This document shows positions 57,016 through 64,000 of a stretch of DNA of 64,000 nucleotides, piece by piece. The translations under genes were made by a program, and so were the position numbers. The notes under the pieces were generated by a model. That model made no database searches. It was not told where the DNA came from and saw nothing but the letters and a program-made list of their open reading frames with translations. Location of the stretch: NCBI GenBank assembly GCA_963851445.1, contig CAWKPH010000001.1, positions 61,813 to 125,812 on the forward strand. Direction: 5' to 3'. Numbering within the stretch: the stretch's first letter is position 1; each line of letters opens with the position of its first letter. The DNA is from an uncultured bacterium (GTDB lineage: Bacteria > Patescibacteriota > Minisyncoccia > Phycocordibacterales > Phycocordibacteraceae).

Positions 57016-57366
57016 TTACCTCCGGCCGCTGCGCTTTTTGTTCCTTTGGAAATGCTTGGGGAAACGATCTTTCTTCTGCTGGTTGCACTTGCCGCACGCA
57101 ACCACCATATTCTCGATATCGAATTCCGAACCCCCTTTTGAGACTGGAATCCTATGATCTACCGTGGCCCTGTGAGATCGCCTTGCTGCTGCGAGCTGGC
57201 GTTCGCGGGTTGAACGCGGATTCTTCTCAATCTCCACAGCCAGATAAACATCGTGACGGCAATAATGACAAATCTTTCCATCCCGCTCGATAAGGAGCGG
57301 AAGGAAGTACGCGGTATCTCCCGCAGTCCATTCTCGAGGCAACGTAAGTCTCCCATGCCAAGTCAA
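57016..57366 (-). CDS. HNH endonuclease family protein (small, free-standing; TTG start inferred)
   Basis: 116 aa ORF with the HNH motif CHYCRHDV…VDHRIPVSKGGSEFDIENMVVACGKCNQQK. It lies in the ~560-bp segment separating the Y and Z repeat halves. Confidence 0.7.
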   Translation of the reverse strand: MTWHGRLTLPREWTAGDTAYFLPLLIERDGKICHYCRHDVYLAVEIEKNPRSTRERQLAAARRSHRATVDHRIPVSKGGSEFDIENMVVACGKCNQQKKDRFPKHFQRNKKRSGRR

Positions 57367-57545
57367 AGATTAAAAAAGATCAGCCATTTGCTCGGCTCTT
57401 CCTCATCTCATCTAGTAGATGAAAGAACTCCTCCCTCAGACAGTCATCTGTCTTGCTAGGAACGACGAGTGCAATAACAATGTTCTAAGCTAAGACACAA
57501 ATACACTGAAAAGTGCATCTTGTCAATTTTGCGCAGCCTCGTAGA

Positions 57546-57560
57546 CGCTGTTGGAACCAG
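57546..57560 (+). repeat. B-part copy (Z) of the repeated element (CGCTGTTGGAACCAG)
   Basis: Exact 15-mer match to X 52049..52063 in the same orientation. Confidence 0.4.
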
Positions 57561-57708
57561 CTTAAAATCTGCATCCTAGGAGTTTGTATTATCGGGTTTA
57601 TTCTGCACTCTTCCTCTGTGGCCGTGAGAATCCCCATGAATTGCTCTACGTATTAATCTTTCTTCGGTTTCCCTTGCAATCTTGGGATGCGGTGTATGGT
57701 CCTTTAAT

Positions 57709-58092
57709 TCAAGGTTGTCTCGAAAGAGTTCCGTCTTCTACAGAAGCTTTACTAGATTCAGCCCCAGCTTCCCTATGTCGATCCTCATATGGGATGCGGC
57801 CATTACGTGTAGCGCTCGAAGCGTAATTTGCAGCGTCGGCTATTTGTCGATCATATAAGGTCTCTCCTGGATCCATGTCATATGTGGGAGTCTTATCAAA
57901 ACCGTTGCCATAAGCATAAGAATGACGCTCTTCGTCAATTGAACTTTCAGAATCCAGCTCAGATATTTCCTGTATATCCTGCAGCCTTAGTCCTTCTTCT
58001 GTCGTAGCAGGGTCAGGCACTTCTTCAATGGGTATGAATTTCTTTTTCTTCGGAGCTTCGCCGCCCTCTGACCAGCCACTTTCAAATTGCAT
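57709..58092 (-). CDS. Hypothetical acidic low-complexity protein
   Basis: 127 aa Glu/Asp/Ser-rich ORF. Coding status is uncertain. Confidence 0.3.
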   Translation of the reverse strand: MQFESGWSEGGEAPKKKKFIPIEEVPDPATTEEGLRLQDIQEISELDSESSIDEERHSYAYGNGFDKTPTYDMDPGETLYDRQIADAANYASSATRNGRIPYEDRHREAGAESSKASVEDGTLSRQP

Positions 58093-58116
58093 GTTGTTGG
58101 AACTAAGATGCGGCTA

Positions 58117-59226
58117 TTACTGAGAAGTCACTGTAAATGACACGCTACTTGATTTCAAATTGGTAGAGGTGTACGGGCCTTGAGTTAAAAAGATTTCATA
58201 ATTGCCAGGCTGTAGAGGAAAAGTGGTTCCAGCACAGTCCCCGCCAGGAGCTGGTGCGGTTGCTTCATCTATATCACATGAGAATTCTGAGGGTGGGATG
58301 GTAAATGTCATTTGTGTTCCCGCAGAATTAATCAATATTCCTCCATATCCTGGCGTAAAAGTATATCCACCAAAATGTAATATGGTGGTGCTTGAAAATC
58401 CGCTGCCATTTAGAGTTAGATCTGTACCTATTGGGCCCGCGGAGGGGATCACCGAGCTCAATATCGGTACAGTCTGTCCGTTATAGGGAGTATTTGGTAT
58501 TACACTTTGCGGAGTATCTACACGTATTGTTGCAGTACCTGCCGAAACAGCGTTCAGTGTGTATATTTCCCCACCGACAAATTGGGGTTCATTAAGCACA
58601 AGTGTTGCCGGTGCTGTTACTGCAGGACTAAAACCTGATGATGTTCCAGAGTATTCCGTCACAACTGTTATCTGTGCGGTATTGTTTACTGTGTTTGTCT
58701 GATCAAGGGTGAAGACCGTTACCATTCCTACGGACGTATTTTGTGTCGCACTTTCTCCAGATGTAAGAGTGACAGATCCTGGCACTGTCATCGTGACGCT
58801 TCCAGTAGAACTTGGTGGTGTTGCTGGTGAAGTGGTACATGGTTCACCTGTCGTAGAACTGAAGGCTGCTCCTGGAAGACATCCCGTCACGGTTGGTGTG
58901 CCGGGACTATATACTGCCAACAGAGCGTTTGCTGAGGCGCGGGTGATTGGACCGAAGTAACCAACTGCTGGTGAAATACCGTTAGCCTGTTGATAGGCTA
59001 CAACTGCTGCTTGAGTTTCGGTACCGAAGTAACCGGTTGCTCCAGCGGGAATTGAGTACCCCTTAGAAATGAGCCAAGTCTGAAGTGCTGTTACATCAGA
59101 TCCAGTTGAACCTGTGGTGAGATTAGTGCTGAAAGTCGTGCTCGTCATTACTGAAGTTGTTTGGGCAAATACCAGAGCAGGGAGAATCAGGGTCGATACA
59201 AGGAGCGCAATTATTGCTTTTTTCAT
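58117..59226 (-). CDS. Secreted protein with N-terminal peptidoglycan-binding (PG_binding_1) domain and IPT/Ig-like beta domains
   Basis: 369 aa ORF with a signal peptide, then GSDVTALQTWLISKGYSIPAGATGYFGTETQAAVVAYQQANGI and a Thr/Ser-rich beta-rich body. Confidence 0.55.
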   Translation of the reverse strand: MKKAIIALLVSTLILPALVFAQTTSVMTSTTFSTNLTTGSTGSDVTALQTWLISKGYSIPAGATGYFGTETQAAVVAYQQANGISPAVGYFGPITRASANALLAVYSPGTPTVTGCLPGAAFSSTTGEPCTTSPATPPSSTGSVTMTVPGSVTLTSGESATQNTSVGMVTVFTLDQTNTVNNTAQITVVTEYSGTSSGFSPAVTAPATLVLNEPQFVGGEIYTLNAVSAGTATIRVDTPQSVIPNTPYNGQTVPILSSVIPSAGPIGTDLTLNGSGFSSTTILHFGGYTFTPGYGGILINSAGTQMTFTIPPSEFSCDIDEATAPAPGGDCAGTTFPLQPGNYEIFLTQGPYTSTNLKSSSVSFTVTSQ

Positions 59227-59382
59227 AAGAGCGACGGTGAAAGAATGTTAATAAAGTAACTATATCACCCCAACACATATTTATTTAGAAGCTGTAGATA
59301 GTAACGATCGAATTAGTTCAGAGGTCCGTAGACCAATTCATACGGACTTGCATTACTTATCAAAAACTAATGCGCGGTCGAC

Positions 59383-59456
59383 GGGACTTGAACCCGCAGC
59401 CTCGTCCGTGACAGGGACGCGATCTAACCAATTGATCTACGACCGCAGTATTGCGA
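59383..59456 (-). tRNA. tRNA-Asp (anticodon GUC), CCA not encoded
   Basis: Acceptor GCGGTCG/CGACCGC, D-arm GATC-AATTGGTTA-GATC, anticodon stem CGTCC/GGACG with loop CTGTCAC, T-arm GCGGG-TTCAAGT-CCCGT. Confidence 0.85.
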
Positions 59457-59477
59457 TTGCACATTAACTCCCTGACT

Positions 59478-59726
59478 TTAACGGTTTTTGGGTCCTCGAG
59501 CAAGGCTTTTGAGAAGATCGCGAAGCGCAACGATGGCCCACACCAGATTCAATATAAGGAAAGGCAAGCTCCCGATCAGATAGGAATAAATGATCAACAA
59601 CGCACTCCCGAGAAGATTCCCAGCATCATATATCAGGGAGTGACGATCGATTTTATTGAGTTCGTTTGCGACAAAACACACTAATATAAGAAAAGCACCT
59701 GCGACGCCGATGGATGTGGTAATCAT
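59478..59726 (-). CDS. Hypothetical small membrane protein (2-3 TM)
   Basis: Start moved to MITTSIG to avoid overlapping the tRNA-Met gene. No family assigned. Confidence 0.3.
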   Translation of the reverse strand: MITTSIGVAGAFLILVCFVANELNKIDRHSLIYDAGNLLGSALLIIYSYLIGSLPFLILNLVWAIVALRDLLKSLARGPKNR

Positions 59727-59738
59727 AGTGTCGAGGGT

Positions 59739-59812
59739 GGGAGTTGAACCCACGACCTTCTCTTTATGAGTGAGATGCTCTAACCAACTGAGCTACCCCG
59801 ACAGTAGCTTTA
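59739..59812 (-). tRNA. tRNA-Met/Ile2-type (anticodon CAU), CCA not encoded
   Basis: Acceptor GTCGGGG/CCTCGAC (one G·U), D-arm GCTC-AGTTGGTTA-GAGC, anticodon loop CTCATAA, T-arm GTGGG-TTCAACT-CCCAC. Has an A31·A39 mismatch. Confidence 0.7.
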
Positions 59813-59849
59813 CCTTACTATGCGTCCTGAGGTTCTTCAACCGTTTCTT

Positions 59850-60887
59850 CTACGATTGAGAGAACATTACATTGATGGTATAGGGACCCACTTGGAAAGT
59901 TTGTACTTCGTTCTGGTTGCTGTTGTTGCCCATATTCCCTGTCGTGAAACTATAGCGAAAGATGTGCATCGTTCCTGATCCATCATACGGGAAAGTTGTA
60001 CTACCTGATTGGAAAAATCCGGCTGGAAATCCATAACCAGAGGGATCTACGAATCCTTGTACACCATCACCACCGCGTGAGAATCCTCCGCGATAAAGAT
60101 GTACAGCGCGTGGCATCACCTCTGAAGAAGCAGTACTTCTGGTTACCGCAAAACTTTCTCCGTCAGCGCCGATTGGACTAGGCGAAGCAAGCACAGAAGA
60201 ACCTCCCGCCACCATGGTAATTGCGTTAGGATTACTATTGACAAGAGTTACGGTCGAACCGTTTACCGTTGCGGTGGCATCGTCAAAGGATACTGAACCG
60301 AAGTCATCAAGAGGTATGAGACCGACCTGGTCGCTTGGCATTTCCTCAATCCATTCAGCAGAAGAATTAGAAGATGCATAGTTCACGGTATTGGAATAAC
60401 TTTGACCGGTTGTATTGTCACGGATAGTTATAAGCCAAAGATTTGATGACTGCTCGCTAAGAGTTGCCGTGACTGAATCGCCTGGAGAAACGGTAAGTGA
60501 CACCGGGTTCGAGCTGCCAGGTAATACCTCATACCACGCTTGGTACTGGGTCGATCCATTTTGAGTGATTGCTTGAGTGCCAGCTTGAATAAGATCGTCG
60601 CTTGATACCCCACCAATGCCTACCCACGTCGCGTCAGCAGCAACCGAAGCACTGGTCGTGACCGACGGAACGGTCCAGGTTCCCGTAACACCCGTATAAT
60701 CCCCGCTCGAGTCAGCAATATACCCGGACCAATTGCGCGAAAGGTTCGTACTTATAGCGGAATTCGGCGCAGCAGCATGCGCGATCCCGGAACTGAATAT
60801 ACCTATCAAAGCGAACACCATTATAAATGCGATGCCACGGTGAGCTGCTTTTACAGCGAATTTAGAAGATGAAATGCCTCTTGCCAT
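59850..60887 (-). CDS. Secreted peptidase G1/A4 (eqolisin/scytalidoglutamic peptidase)-like protein
   Basis: 345 aa ORF with a signal peptide. Segments …NWSGY…GVTGTWTVP…ATWVGIGG…LIQAG…YQAWYEVLPG… match Peptidase_A4 conserved blocks. Confidence 0.55.
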   Translation of the reverse strand: MARGISSSKFAVKAAHRGIAFIMVFALIGIFSSGIAHAAAPNSAISTNLSRNWSGYIADSSGDYTGVTGTWTVPSVTTSASVAADATWVGIGGVSSDDLIQAGTQAITQNGSTQYQAWYEVLPGSSNPVSLTVSPGDSVTATLSEQSSNLWLITIRDNTTGQSYSNTVNYASSNSSAEWIEEMPSDQVGLIPLDDFGSVSFDDATATVNGSTVTLVNSNPNAITMVAGGSSVLASPSPIGADGESFAVTRSTASSEVMPRAVHLYRGGFSRGGDGVQGFVDPSGYGFPAGFFQSGSTTFPYDGSGTMHIFRYSFTTGNMGNNSNQNEVQTFQVGPYTINVMFSQS

Positions 60888-60951
60888 ACCTTACATACGT
60901 ATTTGACGGGGCAGATGGTGCGAACTTACATACCATACGTGGGTCTAGATG

Positions 60952-61632
60952 CTAGAATTTTCCGAAATCAATGATTGGTTTCCCTATGACTGCGTTCTGT
61001 GGAATCGCGAAGATTGGATTAAGTGAATCGTTGGTATCTGAAATGAAATATTCCCCCGACGGAACCACGCTGCTATCTATGGTGTCACCTGGGACTCCTA
61101 TAATTTGTTGAAGCTGGTATTCACTTGGGTTGTCTGCCGTGCCTGCAACGTGCGCAATTACGACGTCTCCCTTCAGGGCATGGGTACTCCATTTTTCGAC
61201 GAGAAGATAATCACCAACCTCATATCGTGGAGCCATGGTATTGTCCGTCACGATAAACGGCTCCACAACAAATGAGGGAATGGAGATAATGACTGTGGTA
61301 CCCAGTATCCCCCCGACGACACAGGTGGTAAGCCATACCATGAGGAATCGTAGTATCGAAGCATCGTAGTAAAGCTTGTAGAGAAGATATGCTCCGTAAG
61401 AGCCCAGTAGTAGGCCGGCGACATACCAGAGCCAGGCAAAGCCCCCAAAGGCCTCGCCGAGAATATAAAAAAGCACCACCACTATGGCAGAAACGAATAT
61501 GACAACCACTGAGTGTGCATAGGTGCTCTCATCAGGCATATACAGGCTTGTTATGACCCGGAGAAGGAGCGAACCGAGGAGAAGTGCGGCTATTACAATG
61601 AATAGAACGAGCAGTATAAAAACCACATACAT
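60952..61632 (-). CDS. Signal peptidase I (S26)-like membrane protein with non-canonical catalytic positions
   Basis: 226 aa ORF with several N-terminal TM helices. S26 boxes are present but read NTMAP (Thr where Ser is expected) and YQLQQIIGVPGD (Gln where Lys is expected). Confidence 0.5.
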   Translation of the reverse strand: MYVVFILLVLFIVIAALLLGSLLLRVITSLYMPDESTYAHSVVVIFVSAIVVVLFYILGEAFGGFAWLWYVAGLLLGSYGAYLLYKLYYDASILRFLMVWLTTCVVGGILGTTVIISIPSFVVEPFIVTDNTMAPRYEVGDYLLVEKWSTHALKGDVVIAHVAGTADNPSEYQLQQIIGVPGDTIDSSVVPSGEYFISDTNDSLNPIFAIPQNAVIGKPIIDFGKF

Positions 61633-61775
61633 ACGGATATTGTAGCATTTGAAAGATTTTGCCCATTTCCAGGCTTTGGTCTACCATACGTGCATGCCTA
61701 TGATAGGCTCTTGACTTCTCAAACATGTGATGCCAAGTGGACGTTCAATTACTTATAGAGTTAAATCTTATCTGT

Positions 61776-62882
61776 ATGACTATCGCATCTACTCTGTCGG
61801 CCCGTCAGTGGGCCTACCTCGCACTATCGGGGTTGCTTTTAGTAGCGGCAGTTTTGTTCTTTGGTGCACATATGAGTCGCGCAGAGAGTTCTTCAGTGAT
61901 GATCACCTCAAGCGATGCAAATCCAACAGTTGCAAAGGTGGGTGACACCGTTACTCTTTCATTCATTACGAGTGCAAGTACTACCAACCCTACGGTCGCA
62001 ATCGAAGGCCATAGCGTAGGTGTTTCAGGAGGCCCAACCAACTGGACGGCAAGCTATACCATCCAAGCATCTGACCCAGCCGGCATCGTTCCTTTTGTGA
62101 TCGATGCAAGCGGTACGGTACTCACCAGCACAACTAATAATTCAAGCGTTGTCGTGTACAACGGCGGCCCAACAGTCGTGTTGACGACTCCGTCTGCGAC
62201 AGAGCCGAATCGTACGAATCAGACTACTGTACCAGTCATGGTTACATTCTCTGAGCCGGTGCTTGGTTTTAGCGCAGGAAACCTAAAGACGCCTGAAGCG
62301 TCGGTGAGTAATTTCGCTGCACAACCTGGAGGTCAAATCTATACATTTGATTTGACCCTTAATCCTCAGTACAACACTTTCTTTGCCTACGTTAAGGCTG
62401 ACCAAGTGACTGATGCTGCGGGAAATTACAACTCTTACTCTAACGAGCTGTCGTTCCTCTATAGCCCTACGGGGCTAGGAGAAGGTCCTAGTAACATGGG
62501 AGGAGTAGTTATGACGCAAAGTGCTCCCCACGTTACCGTTACAACTGTTACAACGACTCCCCCTCCGCAAACTGAACCGAGCCTCATGACGGGCACGGCA
62601 GCCGGTACGGGTAACATGACTACTCACGAGAACTCGATGCCAGCGGGTATGGTAATGAGTGCTACACCTCCTTCTACGAGAGCCACAAGCATGACAAGCT
62701 CGACGAGTGGTCTCATGGGAACCTCAAGCAATATGATGGCTTCTTCGAGCGCATCCACAACTCCAGGAACAAGTGGTTCTGGTCTAGGCTCTCCAGCAGT
62801 ATGGGCAGGTATTATCATCATCCTTATCCTTCTTATAGGAGGAGGTTGGTGGTATTCACGCAACGTAACTCCTACGGTCTAA
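61776..62882 (+). CDS. Cell-surface protein with Ig-like (Big-like) domains and C-terminal TM anchor
   Basis: Signal/TM N-terminus, beta-rich repeats, a Ser/Thr/Met-rich stalk and a C-terminal hydrophobic anchor (WAGIIIILILLIGGGWWYSR). Confidence 0.5.
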   Translation: MTIASTLSARQWAYLALSGLLLVAAVLFFGAHMSRAESSSVMITSSDANPTVAKVGDTVTLSFITSASTTNPTVAIEGHSVGVSGGPTNWTASYTIQASDPAGIVPFVIDASGTVLTSTTNNSSVVVYNGGPTVVLTTPSATEPNRTNQTTVPVMVTFSEPVLGFSAGNLKTPEASVSNFAAQPGGQIYTFDLTLNPQYNTFFAYVKADQVTDAAGNYNSYSNELSFLYSPTGLGEGPSNMGGVVMTQSAPHVTVTTVTTTPPPQTEPSLMTGTAAGTGNMTTHENSMPAGMVMSATPPSTRATSMTSSTSGLMGTSSNMMASSSASTTPGTSGSGLGSPAVWAGIIIILILLIGGGWWYSRNVTPTV

Positions 62883-62911
62883 TCACCTCAGGGTTCTAGT
62901 GAACTAGAATA

Positions 62912-62944
62912 AAGCGACCTGGAGATTCTCTCCAGGTCGCTTTA
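62912..62944. terminator. Bidirectional terminator hairpin (AAAGCGACCTGGAGA-TTCT-CTCCAGGTCGCTTT) between convergent genes
   Basis: A 13-bp perfect stem flanked by A-run and T-run. Confidence 0.6.
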
Positions 62945-62989
62945 TGTAAATCATATTCGAGCCTCTCACATAGATCTTTACGTGGAAAA

Positions 62990-63619
62990 CTATGTGCAGG
63001 CGGCATCCGTTTTCTCAAGCGCCTTCTGCACGGCTGGGTGTGAATTTATTTCGTCAAACCAACGCGAAACATTTGGGTAGTCGGCAAGAGAAGCGCCGTC
63101 CATACTCTTAAACGCACGTACCCAAGGCCAGGTCGCCATGTCCGCGATTGAGTAGTCACCTGCTAAGTAGCTAACCGTACCAAGACGCTTATCGAGTACT
63201 TCAAGAAGGCGTTTTGTTTCGTCGGTGTAGCGTGTTATCGCATAAGGGATCTTCTCGGGCGCGAAACGTGTAAAGTGAGCAAGTTGTCCAAACATAGGCC
63301 CAACACCTGCCATCTGGAACATGAGCCACTCAATGACCTGGTATTTACCTTGCAGGTCTTTGGGCATAAATTTTCCGGTCTTTTCTGCGAGATACTCCAG
63401 TATCGCTCCAGACTCAAATATCGTTAGTGTTTTATCAGGTGCATCGCTATCAACCAGAACCGGAATCTTGTTATTCGGGTTGAGTGCGAGGTATTCAGGG
63501 GTCTTCTGCTCCCCTTTCGCTATATTGATAGGGATTAATTCATACTCAAGACCAAGCTCTTCTAGTAGAATCGGCACTTTGTATCCATTTGGTGTTTTCC
63601 ATACATATAGTTTCAGCAT
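62990..63619 (-). CDS. Glutathione S-transferase family protein
   Basis: 209 aa ORF with an N-terminal thioredoxin-like domain (…KIPVLVD…ESGAILEYL) and a C-terminal helical domain. Confidence 0.85.
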   Translation of the reverse strand: MLKLYVWKTPNGYKVPILLEELGLEYELIPINIAKGEQKTPEYLALNPNNKIPVLVDSDAPDKTLTIFESGAILEYLAEKTGKFMPKDLQGKYQVIEWLMFQMAGVGPMFGQLAHFTRFAPEKIPYAITRYTDETKRLLEVLDKRLGTVSYLAGDYSIADMATWPWVRAFKSMDGASLADYPNVSRWFDEINSHPAVQKALEKTDAACT

Positions 63620-63730
63620 AAAAAATTGTTACTGGTATCTTCTCAGTGTACACACGCCGCTCAAAACCCCACTAAGGGGATAACTGCACGCAAGTAAGCT
63701 CATTGTTACAGCGATTAGATGAAGATTCGG

Positions 63731-64000
63731 TTACGGCAAAAGCGGCGCCAGTGAAATGGCCACACAGAATGCTACAAGCACGACTAGTGAGAATAGGAAC
63801 GTTTTTCGAGCCCACGTAGCGTCGTCGCTTACTCTAAACCCCCGAACACCCTGTACGAACCAGGCAAGACCGACTATCGCTATGAGAATGAAATAAACAT
63901 AACCGGCGTAGCCCACTGCAAAGAGGAGTGAGGTAAGAGCAATGAACGCGATTATATAGGAGAGAATGTGAATCTTTGCAGCACGCATGCCTTTGACAAG
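63731..64000 (-). CDS. Hypothetical membrane protein, possibly the C-terminal part of a longer protein running off the window
   Basis: The frame remains open upstream of the first Met to the window edge, and the sequence has 2-3 TM helices. Confidence 0.3.
   Translation of the reverse strand, partial: LVKGMRAAKIHILSYIIAFIALTSLLFAVGYAGYVYFILIAIVGLAWFVQGVRGFRVSDDATWARKTFLFSLVVLVAFCVAISLAPLLP

Noticed and set aside
1-64000. CRISPR array, transposase or integrase genes
   Set aside because: No array of regularly spaced repeats and no recombinase or transposase ORF was found on either strand; short repeats present are 2-3 copy dispersed elements, not CRISPR.

Overview
Bacterial chromosomal segment of 64 kb, roughly 50% GC, densely coding, with nearly all genes on the minus strand and no obvious Shine-Dalgarno sequences. 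Reading order along the window: (1) an efflux supercluster (ABC exporter, MFS DHA2, two HlyD-type adaptors, MarR with a perfect operator palindrome); (2) housekeeping and envelope genes (FMN reductase, PAP2, DsbA, DEAD-box helicase, TypA, MltG, ABC-F, YgjP-like); (3) an accessory array of small co-directional genes (P-loop kinase, nucleotidyltransferase, DgkA, YdeI, two ICMT paralogs, DHFR-family, TspO) interspersed with a repeated 21-nt element; (4) an AT-rich island (hypothetical, NUDIX, APH-like kinase) next to a prolyl oligopeptidase and a tRNA-Gln with two tRNA T-arm remnant repeats; (5) pyrG, ftsEX, prfB, two tRNA-Thr, NRAMP, TMEM175-like, CvpA-CAP and YibE/F genes; (6) a plus-strand Fur-family regulator plus metal ABC transporter operon, and two cold-shock genes with a consensus sigma70 promoter; (7) a CcdA-thioredoxin fusion, an RND efflux pair flanked by a ~60-nt repeat whose second copy is split by a ~560-bp insertion carrying an HNH endonuclease; (8) tRNA-Asp, tRNA-Met(CAT), a G1/A4-type peptidase, a signal-peptidase-I-like protein with non-canonical catalytic residues, and a GST. 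Three genes (dienelactone hydrolase, DEAD-box helicase, pyrG) are disrupted by five single-nucleotide indels in total, which points to either assembly or homopolymer errors, or gene decay. No CRISPR array, integrase or transposase was seen. Taxon cannot be fixed from sequence alone; a small-genome, possibly CPR/Gram-positive-type bacterium is suggested.
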